This document shows, in pieces, positions 25,622-40,549 of a stretch of 64,000 nt of DNA. The translations under genes and the position numbers were made by a program. The notes beneath the pieces were generated by a model. It did not search any database and was not told where the DNA came from. It worked only from the letters and a program-made list of their open reading frames with translations. Every line of letters begins with the position of its first letter. The first letter of the stretch is position 1. Location of the stretch: contig NC_042997.1 of NCBI RefSeq assembly GCF_006345805.1, positions 133,424,001 through 133,488,000 on the forward strand, read 5' to 3'. The DNA comes from Octopus sinensis. Lineage: Eukaryota.

Positions 25622-25679
25622 AGGAAGCTTCCTGATGATTTCTTTTGAATGAAACAGTTCTAGTCCTGTAGAAGCTCCT
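25622..25679 (+). ncRNA. Stand-alone canonical type I hammerhead ribozyme motif between two (TA)n tracts
   Basis: AGG(A)AGCTTC-CTGATGA-T-TTC(TTTT)GAA-T-GAAA-CAG(TTCTAGTC)CTG-TA-GAAGCTCCT. Intact core, GUA site, all three stems present. Confidence 0.85.
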
Positions 25680-25710
25680 TCTATAATATATATATATATT
25701 ATATATATAT

Positions 25711-25769
<59 letters not shown>

Positions 25770-26004
25770 ATATATGTAAGTGTATGTGTGTGTCTTTGTC
25801 TCTGTGTTTCGCCCTCATCACTGCTTTACAACTGTTCATTTATTTACATCTATTTAACTTACTGGTTTTACAAGAACAAACTAATAGAATAATTACGAGG
25901 CTTATCAACATAAAAAAAGCACTAGGCTGTGTCTCATATTTTTGTCTGCCCAATCAGTTGTATCTATCAATTTATCTTTGTATGTGTGTGTGTATATATA
26001 ATAT

Positions 26005-26035
<31 letters not shown>

Positions 26036-26041
26036 TATATA

Positions 26042-26076
<35 letters not shown>

Positions 26077-27420
26077 ATATATATATGTATATAAAACACC
26101 CTAATGGGATCCTTAACTCCTAAATTTTAGTCATTTCTTTTATGATCCAAAACTAGTTCAAAAGTACTGAATGGATCTTTATGAAATTTGGAAATTATAT
26201 TCTATACATAAGGGCCATAACCCCCATGATAATTCATATATGTTTGCTGTTGAGGAAATATTAACCATAGATATTAGACACAAATGAAGTAATATTTATA
26301 AAATTTCATCTTCTTATAAGTTCTAAGGACCCCTCCATGGGGAATTAACACCCATAATGTTGTCAATTTATCAAAGCAAAAACGAATACAATTGTGCTCT
26401 TGGAAGCTGTACGGTTACCCGAGCATAAAAGTTGAGTATTATTTCTAATTCAATGGTACAACAGTGTAACAGTTTGCTTTGACATACACTTACATTGTGA
26501 TTTCTGCAATGTGGTGCATAAATTGTCAAGTAAATGAGAGTCATCTTTGCCTCCACTGATTCGGTTGCAAAGTGTTGAGTAAAGTTATTTGATTGCAGAC
26601 CTCCTTTCGGTCTTTTTATTATCACTCGGTCACACATAGTCCCCAGATGGTAACATTGATTTCAAGACCTTCCCAGATGAGTGACTGGTTATTCAAAGAC
26701 ATTTATAGATTGTTAATTTATTCTGTCCAGTTACATATCAGTATAGTGGTAATTTGCAAACTCCAACTTTCATTTCTCCTTAACCCTCACGTCACACAGT
26801 TGTTAATGTTTGTTTCAGTTGGGTCACGCCCTTTCAATTGCTATAGATTCGTAATGCATCTTACGGCTGTGCTTGTCACCTGGACGGTGAAGAATCCTAC
26901 ATTGGGAGAGGTAACGACTACGGTAGGGTAACTGACTGCTTATTCTGATCATTCGTATTTTGGTTTCCTGTAGCTTTGCTCTCTTTTACAAACCCAGTGA
27001 ACATATATTTCCTATTTCAAAGAAATTCAAATAATAGATATAAGACCCAAGTTAAAAAGATTCTCAACAATTCAACTTATCTGGTTGACATTAAGATGCC
27101 CACTCCTAACAGGGGCCTTAACTCTCACATTTTAGAACCACGTGTGTTTATCGTTATGGTAAAATCTAGCGTGCGGTTGAGTAAATTGTACTCTGGACGG
27201 GTTCGGCTGAAGAGCTACAGATATGTTATGTGAGTAAAATTACATAATTTATTAATAGCGAAACAATTGTCCTGAACTAATCTGCATTTTTGTTATTTTT
27301 ATTTGCCCTGTTCGTTTGCGTTAGTAGTCGTGCTAACTTTCATCGGAAACAATTCTTTGTGGCTGAAACCTAGCGGATCTATTTTTAGTGCTAGAGTCGA
27401 CCACATAGTGGTTACTCTCT

Positions 27421-27451
<31 letters not shown>

Positions 27452-28574
27452 GATGGACTTCCAGTGTTACGTCTACATACCAAATCCATTCCCAAGGCAT
27501 TGGTCGGTCTGAGGCAAATAGTAGAAGGCACTTGTCCAAGGAACCACGCAGTTAAACGAAACCCAAGACATGTGGTTGCAATACAAGCTTTTTAAACCAC
27601 ACAGCTATTGCTACGCCCCAGTTCAATTTTGTTTCTTTCCCGTACTACAAATCAAAATATTTACTATAATATTTTATATCAGCCACCAGTTGAAAACCGA
27701 AGTGCCGCATAATACACTAAAGAATGCTTCAAAATCTCAAAAATTTTATTAAGTAAATACACACCGAATACTCGTCGTTTCTATCGTCTTATATCAAAAA
27801 GACTTGAAGGTGAAAGGCAGCCGGTTTCTGCAATAATATAACACGTTACAGCTACAACAAAAGATTTGATAAGCCATAAACGTGCGTATTCTAAGATTTT
27901 ATGTTTTATCTCCGATATTAATAAATATATGATGATTTCTTTTATTTCATTGATTACTTGAGAATAAGTAAAACTTGATACTTATAGCCTCCGTCTATGT
28001 AATTTCAGCTGAAAATAAAATTTATAAATTAGTCTACATCTTAGTATCAAGTTCTTTGCACCTCCGGGTTGTTTACATTGCTTTATATCTCGTTTATGGA
28101 TATAAATATATAAATACAAGAGGTGGGGGGGGGGGATAAACACAAAGACACACGTGCGCGTGCGCACACACATACGCACACATATAGTCATATTTATATT
28201 CATATATATATATATACTTATATAGGGCTATATGTACGTGTGTGTGCTAATGTATGTATGTATGCATATATATATACATATATACACACAAATATACACA
28301 CGTATGTATGTATGTATGTATATATATATGTGAGTGTGTGTGTGTGTGTACAAACTATGGGGGTTTAGTTCAAAGGGGATCTAAACGACTAAGTACACTT
28401 TGTAAGTGTTGTAATGGATTACCAGGGCTCGAAGGTTAGATATGGAGACGGTAGTTATGGAGCCATTGCAGATTTCCGATATAGCGAATATATTATTGTT
28501 AAAGAGGACAACAAACGTTAAGGCAAGACAAACATCTCAAGTCATATACATTATCATTATTGGAAAAAAATTCA

Positions 28575-28630
28575 GTCTTACAACTGTTTCTGGGATATGC
28601 CAGAATTTGGGATATTCCGTCACCGGAGAC
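28575..28630 (-). ncRNA. Hammerhead-like motif of the 8348 family, in a PLE-like terminus (~28360-28710)
   Basis: Minus strand GTCT-CCGGTGA-CGGAATAT...ATATCCCA-GAAA-CAGTTG-TA-AGAC. A6G, so probably inactive. Confidence 0.6.
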
Positions 28631-29148
28631 AAACAGGGAATATGAGACGGGTATATATTAATGAAATGACGACATAGAGAACAGGAATAAAGGAATAAGG
28701 AAATTCTTTTCTTTTATGCTTTTATTTGTTTCAGCCATTTCACTGCGATCATGCTGGAGCACCGCCTTTAGTTGACCAAATCAACCCCAGGATTTATTCT
28801 TTGTAAGCCTAGTACTTATTCTATCGGGTTCTCTTGCCGAACCGCTAAGTTACGGGGACATAAACACACCAGCATCGGTTGTCAATCGATGTTGGGGGGG
28901 GGGGAAAAACACAGACACACAAACATATACTTAGCGGTTCGGCAAAAGAGACCGATAGAATAAGTACTAGGCTTACAAAGAATAAGTCCTGGGGTTGATT
29001 TGGTCAACTAAAGGCGGTGCTCCAGCATGATCGCAGTGAAATGGCTGAAACAAATAAAAGCATAAAAGAAAAGAATTTCCTTATTCCTTTATTCCTGTTC
29101 TCTATGTCGTCATTTCATTAATATATACCCGTCTCATATTCCCTGTTC

Positions 29149-29204
29149 GTCTCCGGTGACGGAATATCCCAAATTCTGGCATATCCCAGAAACAGTTGTA
29201 AGAC
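29149..29204 (+). ncRNA. Inverted duplicate of the 28575 HHR-like motif
   Basis: Reverse complement of 28575-28630. Confidence 0.6.
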
Positions 29205-30429
29205 TGAATTTTTTTCCAATAATGATAATGTATAAGTCCTGGGGGTAGATTTGCTTGACTAAAGGCGGTGCTCCAGCATGGCCACAGTCAAATGACTGAA
29301 ACAAGTAAATGAGTAAAAGAGATAGAAACTGTGATAAAGGCTCTTCCGTTTTTAACTATTTGTGCCATCTACAATTGGTGTTAATAGAACATTTGGATGC
29401 AGATTCACAACGGTTCTTCAAAGCAGCACTTTATTACATTAACACAGAACAAAGGATGCTACGTTAGCGTGCGGTCTACCGCAGTATCCTGTCTACGCTG
29501 TGAAATTACTTTTACTGTAATAAAGTTCTACCTTTACTTACCCTCTTAATCTGAGTTAATTTTAACCATTACAATACTGTTAAAGGATTTCTATAGACGT
29601 ATACTTTTTACAGACGAAACAACAATTGCATTTTTACAAGAAAATAATCTTCTAGATACATCACAAGAAGCAGACCCTTGTCATCGAGGTGGTAGCGTCA
29701 CGTACGAAAAATAGTCGTCTTGAAATCCAGCCATGTATTTCTGTACACTGGTTATGAAAAATATATTTGATAAATATAATTCAGCCTAATTCTTGAAAGG
29801 TATGAAGTAAAAATGATCCAAGAGAAATAAATTATACTGGCCAGAGATATTAGTTTGGACAGCAAAGACGAATGGTAAGTGGAAACTGATTATGGGGCAA
29901 GCAGACAGAAAGAACAATCTTCAGAACTCCCGTCAAGGGAGTAGTTTCTGCCGGTGAGTTCCTGATACTCTGAGATATCCGGGCCCACTCAAGTGATGAC
30001 TCCTAGGTGTCCTGTTGTTTTCAAAATGCTGCTTTCAGAGGGTATTAAACCCTAGACTTTCAGCTGATCTCATTTCCTTGAAGCCAACCTAAAGAATTTG
30101 CACAGTGGATCGATTTAAATCAGGGTTTTCCTCTTACTATTTTCTGTTTAGTGACTAAATATATTTGAAATTCCATGCAAAATAAATTCTTGATTTAATG
30201 AAATCATCTTTGCTTCGGAAGTAAGCAAATATGCAGTGGTAGCTGCAACCGGCTCCGAGTAAGAAAGGGAGATAATGGTAACAATTAACAATTCTCCGAT
30301 ATTGATATTTACCATTAAGAATAAGACTTTTTGATATTTTTTTCTAGTGGCATGTCGACAGCTGCGGCCACGTGTCATTGCATCAATAGGTGTCATCAGT
30401 ACAATACATTCGTAAATATATAAATAGAC

Positions 30430-31250
30430 CTAGCTACCTACCAACCTACCTACCTACCTACCTACCTACATACATACATACCTACCTACCTACCTAAATA
30501 CATACATACATATGTATGTACATGCATTTATACATACATACATACATATATACATACGTACATATATACCTACCTACGTACATACCTACCTACCTACCTA
30601 CCTACCTACCTACCTACCTACCTACCTACCTACCTACCTACCTACCTACTACCTACCTACATACATACATACATACATGCATGCATACATGCATGCATAC
30701 ATACATACATACATACATTCATACATACGTATATACATACATACCAACCTATCTACCTACATACATATATACATACATACATGCCTACCTACCTAGATAC
30801 ATACATACGTATGTACATACATTTATACATACATACATACATACATACCAACCTACCTACTTACATACATACATACATACGTACATATATACCTACGTAC
30901 ATACATACATACATACATACATACATACATACATACATACATACATACATACATACATGCATACATACATACATACATTCATACATACGTATATACATAT
31001 ATACAGACATACATACATACCAACCTACCTACTTACCTACCCACCTACTTACCCACCTACTTACCTATCTACCTACCTATCTACCTACTACCTACCTACC
31101 TACCTACTTACCTACCTACCTACCTAACAACCTACCGACCTACCAACCAACCTACCTACCTACCTACCTACCTACCTACCTACCTACCTACCTACCTACT
31201 TACCTATCTACCTGCATACATACATATATACATACCCACTCCCCTACAGT
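30430..31250. repeat. Compound (CATA)n/(CCTA)n microsatellite
   Basis: Read directly from the sequence. Confidence 0.95.
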
Positions 31251-32035
31251 CTTACATATTTCCCTACAGACATAATACCCACTTACATACCTACCTTTTA
31301 ACCTTCCAGCTTTTTTTTTTACATATCTGGTTACTTGCATACATATAAGTATGCACGTGTACATGTGTGTACGTGAGAGTGTGTGTGTGTATGTATGTGT
31401 GTCAAATTCTATGTCATAATGATATATATATTCGATCCATTCACAATGTTGGTACCTGTATTCAGGTAACAGTAATAGCAATGTATGAATATCATCTACT
31501 TTTCCCAGCTGTTGTTCGAGCAACAAATACAATTCTAGCAGCTGTCCATTCACAATATTTTTACTAATATTGTTCAGGATAAGCTGTCAATAATCCTAAA
31601 TATAAAGATTATATCACAAACCACGAACGGAGGATAACCACATAGCAGAATGGAGAAGAGTCTCGTTATTCTGTTCCAAAGGTTTAATTATTTTCTTTTT
31701 GCGTAAATCTAGCAGCTACGGGCACATTAGACAAATAGCTGGAATAAAAGGAACAGTTGGTCACGGATAGAATTCCTGTGATCATTGGTTTGCATCTTCT
31801 GGTTGAACTGGGGTTAATCAATAGATTTACTGATCAATTTACTTGAGTTATGCGGAAGACTGAGATAAAAACTGGGGAAATACTTAATGGTGTACAATCC
31901 CGTAAATTTGTGGTACAATAAAAATATAGACACTAGTTTATTACGTATGTAATATATAAATTACATGTTATATAATGCAACATTAAGCATCAGCACATTT
32001 TTGTGTAGAAAAAGACGAAACAAAAATAGACGATT

Positions 32036-32108
32036 CGACCACGACGAGACTCGAACTCGCAATCTTTTGATTCGAAGTCAGACGCCTTATCCATTAGGCC
32101 ACGCGGCC
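32036..32108 (-). tRNA. tRNA-Arg-TCG: tRNA-Arg(TCG), G42A anticodon-stem mismatch
   Basis: Consensus except TCAAA in place of TCAGA. Confidence 0.82.
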
Positions 32109-32346
32109 GTCCTGCTATGCACTCAACAGATAGACCATATGTTACTGATCAATTTACTTGAGTTATGCGGAAGACTGAGATCAAAACTGGGGAAATACTT
32201 AATGGTATACAATCCCGTAATTTGTGGTACAATAAAAATATGGATACTAGTTTATTAAGTATACAATGTATAAATTACATATTATATAATGCAATATTAC
32301 GCATCAGCACTTGTGTGTAAAAAAAAAGTAACAAAAATATACGATT

Positions 32347-32419
32347 CGACCACGACGAGACTCGAACTCGCAATCTTCTGATTCGAAGTCAGACGCCTTA
32401 TCCATTAGGCCACGCGGCC
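32347..32419 (-). tRNA. tRNA-Arg-TCG: tRNA-Arg(TCG)
   Basis: Consensus sequence with an oligo-T terminator. Confidence 0.95.
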
Positions 32420-33408
32420 GTCCTGCCATGCACTCAACAGATAGACCATATGTCAAAGGAAATATTGATATCTAAAGAGCGTTTGTTGAATGACTCATAT
32501 ATTGATATAAAGCAAAACACAAGATCGGAAATAATTAAAAAGGAAGCATGTTAGTTTAAATAAATGAGCGAAGAAAATATTTCCGCAGCATTGGTCTTTT
32601 TAATTCATGGAGCAATATCAGAAAATCTTCTGTATGTTGTTGTCAATGTGTATTCTGGAGTAATGGTAGAAATCGTGTCAAGAAAATAACAAGTTGCTGA
32701 GAAGAGGAGTGTTGAGGTGTGTCATATGGGGGAAATGTCAGACCTGCGCAACAGGAATGGAAGTAGGGAACAGGGTTGGAGCGTGGGAGGATAGGTCGAT
32801 AAGAATATATATGTGAGTATACAAGTGTCTCTGTCTGATCGAGTTAGCTGGAGGGTTTAAATGTGTGTGTGCGTGTGCGTGTGCGTGCGTCTGCGTGTGT
32901 GTGTGTGTGATTATATCCCAATAGGGGTAGGAGTAGAGGGAGTTCAGTACTCTTCAATGCATTGAGGAACAGACAACTCGCGCTGAAAAGACATCGTTTG
33001 TTCGAGAAGTTGTCACGTAAAAGGGAGTCCATGGAACTGTAGCGAAGAGATGAAAGAAATACTGGGGCGTTAATGGCCTTGGGAAAGGAAATGAGACTAG
33101 CCAAAGGTTTGAAGAAACTTGGGAGTGTTCTGACCAACATCATGCTGGTCTTCGCACAAGCAGTCTAAATCCTGTATAAGACCACAAAAGATAAGGCTAG
33201 GGGTATCCAGCGAGATTTTTGTATGCAAGCCGGCGGGCCTCGCTGTGAGCACTCAATTTCTTTTTCACAGTGAACGTACCAGCCATCATCAGATTTAAAA
33301 GTATCTTTCTTATGTGGATGATTTGGTGTCTTCTTTTCGACAGATAAATGTACGCGAGAAAATTGTAGGCTGAACACTTATGCAAATCGAATCCTTTCGT
33401 TGAATGAT

Positions 33409-34619
<1,211 letters not shown>

Positions 34620-34909
34620 TGTTTCTTTATTAGCCACACAGGGCTGCACACAGACGGGACAGATTACAAAGTAGAGCTTTTCTTTTTGGAGAGAAAAAAA
34701 AAGTGGGATAGGTTTTCGATCAAAAGGGATCGTAAAAGGGAAAGAAAAAGAAAGAAAGAAAACAAAGAAAAAATCGATCAATAGGGATCGTCTATCACAG
34801 AAATGTCATGATGTAAAGTGTAAAGGGGGAAGCAGATAAGGTACGGGCACATTAGACAAATAGCTGGAATAAAAGGAACAGTTGGTCACGGATAAAATTC
34901 CTGTGATAA

Positions 34910-37061
34910 CACTGGTCAACAGCCAATTTTCATCAGGGATATTATATGGTGTTTTATATGTAGTTTTGTCCGCAGATTTCAAAAATGTAATCGGTTTCCT
35001 TCTATCAGGCACAGTTTTTTTCTGATGAGATAAGAGAGGTATATAACTCCCATCAGCAGTATCGCTACACATAAACGTCTTATACAGGTAAATTCTGACT
35101 ATGTCCATGCATTGCAAGAACAGTCCTGGTACATTTTGTCATATCTGTGGTTCATTTTCCACCAAAGCTCTGCAACGTGCCATAACAAGTGAAATCAAGA
35201 AGATCTACCAGTTATACTTTACTTTGACTGCTCTCTCGGGGAACAAGATAAGTGTCGGGCCCCGCACATCATTTGCTCAGTTTGTTCAAATAGACTAAGG
35301 CATTGGCTAAATAAGAGGAAGAGAGCAATGCCGTTTGCAATACCTATGATATGGAGAGAGCCAAACGATCATTTCTTGGACTGTTATTTTTGCAACCTTA
35401 ATGTATGTGAGTTTACTGTAAAGACCAAGCATAAGATTGTGTATCCCAACTTGGAATCAGCAAGAAGACCAGTACCACACAACGATGATGATCTTCCTAT
35501 TCCAATACCACCAGAAAATGGCTTTCAGATGTCTGACGAAGATGTATTTCCTGAAGAAAATATTACTGCTGTCGAAGAAACCAAAGTGGGTGCGGATTTC
35601 ACGATTGAAAATGAAAACGTACCACAGAAATTTTCTCATGGAGAGTTAAATGATTTAGTTAGAGACTTGTCATCGTCGAAGGATAAAGCTGAACTATTAG
35701 CCTACAAGAAAAGTGTCTGCTTAAGAAAGATGTTTGTATTACTCATTTCAGGAAGAGAAATAGGGGTCTGACTTTATGCTTCTCTGTTGAGGGACCACTT
35801 TGTTTCAGTAATAACACTGATGAGTTATTTCGCTGTTTGTTCCAAGAGCATGTTCCAACTGAACGGCGCTTATTGATTGATTCATCCACGAGAAACCTCA
35901 AGGCAGTACTACTACACAACGGCAATAAGAAACCATCCATTCCCATAGGACATTGAGTGTATATAAAGGAGTGTTATGAATACATGCAAGTACTCCTCAA
36001 TGCTATAAAGTATACAAACTACAGCTGGAAAATATGTGGTGACTTGAAGGTGATTGGAATGTTGATGGAAATGCAATCTGGGTTCACCAAATATTGTTGC
36101 TTTTTATGCCTATAGGACAGTCATGCAACTAACAAGGACTATGTGCAATCAGAGTGGCCTTTGCGAAAATCATATGAGCCAGCAGTTTCTAGCGTCCAGA
36201 GTAATCCACTTTTAAATCCAGAAAATGTTCTTCTACCCCCTCTTCACATAAAGCTTGGCCTCATGAAACAATTCGTGAAGACACTTACCAGGAAAAGTTC
36301 AAAAGGTTTTGAATATGTGAAGGCCAAATTTCCAAAAATGACATAGGCAAAACTGAAGGAGGACGTATTCATAGATCCGCAGATAAAAGAACTCCTGAAG
36401 AACAACCACTTCCTCACAGAACTGGATGAGATTGAGCTTAAAGCCTAGGAATCCTTCAAATGGCTCTGTGAAAATTTCCCAAGCAACAAGTGATCTCTAG
36501 AATTTAGAAATGGAGTTAAATGTCTTCTAGACTCCTACGCTGCAGTGGACTATTGGATGTCACTAGAAGTCCATTTCCTTGATTCATATCTGTACCTTTT
36601 TGCAGAGAACCTTGGAGCAGTGTCTGATGAGCAAGGGGAACGCTTTCATCAAGATATTGCATAGATGGAACAACGATATCAAAGGTTTTGGAATGCAAGA
36701 ATGTTACTGACTACTATTGGATGTTATACAAGGATGAACCTGAGACAAAGCACCATAGAAAGTTCAAATCCCAAAGATTTTAAGTTGTTATGCATTTGAG
36801 TGAATTCTAACTTATTTATACTCAATAATTTTAATTTTGTACAATAAAAAGCCATAAAATTATCATATCTTGTATTCTATATACCTTATATAGACATGCT
36901 TTACGTATCCTATAAGTGAAAACAGCAGGTATCATTAACATGAAAATGTGACCTGATACAGGAAATTGGACTTCAGATTTGCAATCAGCATCAAAAATTA
37001 ACACAGAAAAGTAAATCAACAACTCTGATGATTAAAAAAAGTTTCATTTTGTTGACCAGTG
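34910..37061 (+). mobile_element. Chapaev3-type (CMC superfamily) DNA transposon with pseudogenised transposase (~35107-36784)
   Basis: TIRs CACTGGTCAACA and TGTTGACCAGTG, with TAA on the left. Motifs CKNSPGTFCHICG, MPFAIPMIWREPNDHFLDCYFC, IDSSTRNLKAVLLHNGN, LLPPLHIKLGLMKQFVK and ENLGAVSDEQGERFHQDI, with stops and frameshifts. The empty site is visible in the paralog near 31775-31795. Confidence 0.82.
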
Positions 37062-37314
37062 TTTGCACCTTCTGGCTGAACTGGGGCTAATCAATGGATT
37101 TACTGATCAATTTACTTGAGTTATGCCGAAAACTGAGAAGATGAACACTGTGGAAATACTTAATGGTATACAATCCCGTAATTTGTGGTATACTCAAAAT
37201 ATAGATACCAGTCTATTACGTATGTACTGTATAAATTACATTGTTATATAATGCAATATTAAGCATCAGCACACTTGTGTGTAAAAAAAAAAAACGAAAC
37301 AAAATTTAACGATT

Positions 37315-37387
37315 CGACCACGACGAGACTGGAACTCGCAATCTTCTGATTCGAAGTCAGACGCCTTATCCATTAGGCCACGCGGCC
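37315..37387 (-). tRNA. tRNA-Arg-TCG: tRNA-Arg(TCG), T-loop/B-box variant (G57C)
   Basis: Consensus except T loop TTCCAGT. Confidence 0.75.
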
Positions 37388-39843
37388 CTTCTTTGGCAAG
37401 CTCCTCAAATAGCCTTTATGATAAAAAAATATTAATATCTAAAGAGCGTTTGTTGAATATATTGAGATAAAGCAAAGTTTAGGATCGGAAATAATTAAAA
37501 AGGAAGCATACTATTTTACATAAATGAGCGAAGAAAATATTTCCGTAACATTGGTCTTTTTAATTCATCGAGCAATATCAGAAAATCTTCTGTATGTTGT
37601 TGACAATGTGTATCCTGGAGTAAAGGTTGAAATTGTGTCAAGAAAAAAAGAAGCTATGTAACCAATCTGTTTGCAATGCTGTGGTCTTTAAAATAAAATT
37701 TCCTCGGCTCAAATGGCTTGGCTATGCACTCAAAATAGACAAGGACGGATTACCAAATGTAATGATAAGATAGTTACTCTCTGGAAAGTGAAAAAGTTGA
37801 GAGCGAAGGGCATAGGAGCAGTGCATTTGATGGCGAGCTGAGAGATATGGATGATGAGGAAAATGGAAGCGCGTGACTTAGTGGTAAGGGTGCTGGACTC
37901 ACTATCGTAAGATTGAGGTTTCTATAGCTGGACTGGGTGACGCGTTGTATTCATTTCACGTTGATCTAGTCCACTAAGCTGGCAAAAACGAGTAATTCCG
38001 CGACGCACCGGTGACACATCCAGGTGGGGAATTTATGCGTCATGAAAACCAAGAAACCAGCAAACCAGTGATAAGGAAAAATCCAGAGAGTGTAACTAAC
38101 GGCATATAATTTTCGAAGGCTTATGTCTTGATTTCTATTGCTGGACTGGGTGACGCGTTGTATTCATTTCACGTGTATCTAGTCGAGTAAGCTAGCAAAA
38201 ACGAGTAATTCCGCGACGCACCGGTAACACATCCTGCGAACCGATGATAAGGAAAGATCCAGAGAGTGTAGCTAATGGCATCGAATTTTCTAAGGTTTAT
38301 GTCGTGATTACGAGTAATAGATTAAATAATTAATCGTTTCTGATTCAATCATAAGGCCAGTATGAGGGATTACTCGATTATATCGACTCCAGTATTTGAG
38401 TAGTATATTATTTCAACGACTCCGGCGGGATGAAAGGCAGCGTTGACTCTGGTGGGATTTGAACTCAGAACACAGAAATCCAAAGGTTGAAGTGCATTGT
38501 AATTAATGTCGGCATTTAATTCAGAATATTATGTTTACGATTATAGAAGCAAAATCATTAGAAGTTTAGATTTTAGGCTTAAGGCTAAATAGATTTGTGA
38601 TAATAATGACAGTGTGATAACAGTAAAAGGACAGGTGTTGCAGAGGATGGATTTGGTTAGGGTGGGGTAGAGGAGAAAAATCTGGATAGGAAAGGAAGTT
38701 GGTGGGTTTGTAAAGAGCGATGCTGGGGAGTTGGGATTTGCCAATGAAAACGATGTCCAGAATATGATGATGGCGTTGGAGACGGTGAAGTCAATTCTAA
38801 ACTGTTATGGAAAGTGGGGGAAGATAATGTAGAAGTTGAAATAAGCGAATTGCTTATGAGTAAGTGATCGGATGGAGTAAGTGATCGGATGGTGTAATTC
38901 ATCGGAAAAAGAAAAGCAATGGAGGTTAGGGATCAGGTCATCGAGATGCAGAGATATAAGGGTCCAAAGTTCTAATGTGATTCTTCAATGAAGAAAGGAT
39001 TGTAGAACCTGGAATTCATCGTTAAAATGGTTGACTATATAGGACTACGAGAGGTTTTGAAAGCAAATGGAGGGCAATGACAATAAGCAAAAGAGGTCGT
39101 TGGTGTCAGAGACATAGGAAAGTGGACAATGGCCAAATAGTATGTAATGCCGTTGTAGTGGAGTCAGAGGGGTGGGCGACACCGACAGACGCTTTTATAA
39201 GGTCAACCGTTCTGGGTCTCCTGTATAAGCCTCTACTCGAGGAGGAAATGACAGTCAAGGGTTGCTTCACGTGCTACGTCCCTAGCGAGGGTGAAATTAA
39301 ACAGATAAAAGTTCTGTGAGGTAATAACAAGCGGAGACGATGGAAGTGTCGTGGTTGTTGGCTTGATGAAGTTTAGACATGAGGTAGATAGCGATAGTTT
39401 TGTTGTGTGTAAATCCTGATGTTAACTGATTTGGCGGTAAGAAGAAAGAATGAAATTAGTTGGTGTACGGTGCTAGGGATGAACGTTTAGTCGCGCTACC
39501 CACTACACGTAATCTAAGCTTGAAAGGGGAGTTGCTTCTTGGTTGGATCATCTTATGTCTGTGGATCACAACTCACCGCAACACATCAACACTACTGTAC
39601 GAGGCTGGTGTCAGCCGAGTTTGGCATATTGATCGATTGTGCGTTAGTGACTTTTACTGCCATGGGAAAGCACTGTCACTTTGTCCGACGAGGAAAACAC
39701 TCGGTAGAGACGCGCGTCTGCAACTAGTGTCTAGTAAGTGTTTAGCGACCGAAACATTTGGAACCTTTCACAAGCGGTGTACTTCTTTCAGTTACTGCTC
39801 AAACAAAAAGCACTCCCACATGCATAATTTATTTTATGAAATA

Positions 39844-40142
39844 CTAGCAGTATCGCCCGGCATTGCTCGGGTTTGTAAGGGAAATAACTATATAAGCATA
39901 TTTAGAGAGTTACTTCTCTTATATAATAGCAAAAAATGTATTAAAAATGGGAAAAAAATGATGGTAATTTTTTTTTTAAATCGTAGACTCATTGTAGATG
40001 CGTGCTAATACCCAGAAGGGCTCGATATGAATCACGACTATAAGATACCCGCTTTTGGTTAAATTGCACCGCAAAATGTGGGAGTAGTTAGGAATCTAAA
40101 TCGTAGGAGACAGACACACAACTTCACTTTTATATATAAAGA
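39844..40142 (-). mobile_element. Non-autonomous Helitron (unit 1)
   Basis: Minus strand starts TC(TTTATATATA) and ends CCCGAGCAATGCCGGG-CGATACTG-CTAG followed by T. Confidence 0.8.
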
Positions 40143-40524
40143 CTAGCAGTATCACCCGGCGTTGCTCAGGTTTGTAAGGGAAATAACTATAAAGCATTTT
40201 TAGAGAGTTATAGCCAAAAAATAGAAAAAAAATGGAAAAAAAATGATGGTAAATTTTTTTGAGAGTTAAAAAAGGTGGAGTTGCGTCCCCTAGACGGTCT
40301 GTGGTTTGGGTTTCTGATTCTCGACCCCATGTCGAATTTATCGATTTTTTTCAGAACTGGGGGAACTTTTCAAAATTTTCGCTGCGTTAGTTTTGAATTA
40401 TGACATTGGGCTATGTGTGTGTCAAGTTTCATCAGAATCGGTTGAAAGCCGTGGTCAGGGTGAGGGTACGAGAAAACAGACACACAGAAAACGCACAGAC
40501 AACTGCCGTTTATATAGAGAGAGA
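40143..40524 (-). mobile_element. Non-autonomous Helitron (unit 2), head-to-tail with unit 1
   Basis: Minus strand A|TCTCTCTCTATATA...CCTGAGCAACGCCGGG-TGATACTG-CTAG. The pair sits between A and T, and paralogous tRNA leaders lack it. Confidence 0.8.
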
Positions 40525-40549
40525 TAATTTTAAAGGTTGCAAACCTCTC

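Larger units (their letters stand above)
28545..29234. repeat. ~305-bp inverted duplication with a ~75-bp spacer, involving SINE A 3' halves
   Basis: 28545-28852 is the near-identical reverse complement of 28929-29234, including non-SINE flank. Confidence 0.9.

Noticed and set aside
26371-30400. Unique-looking segments (26.4-27.2 kb, 29.3-30.4 kb) as host exons
   Set aside because: Short ORFs with no recognisable domains and stops in the candidate frames. Small exons cannot be excluded without RNA-seq.
22854-32258. Repeated ORFs MLYNATLSISTF...
   Set aside because: Antisense read-through of tRNA genes in duplicated units.
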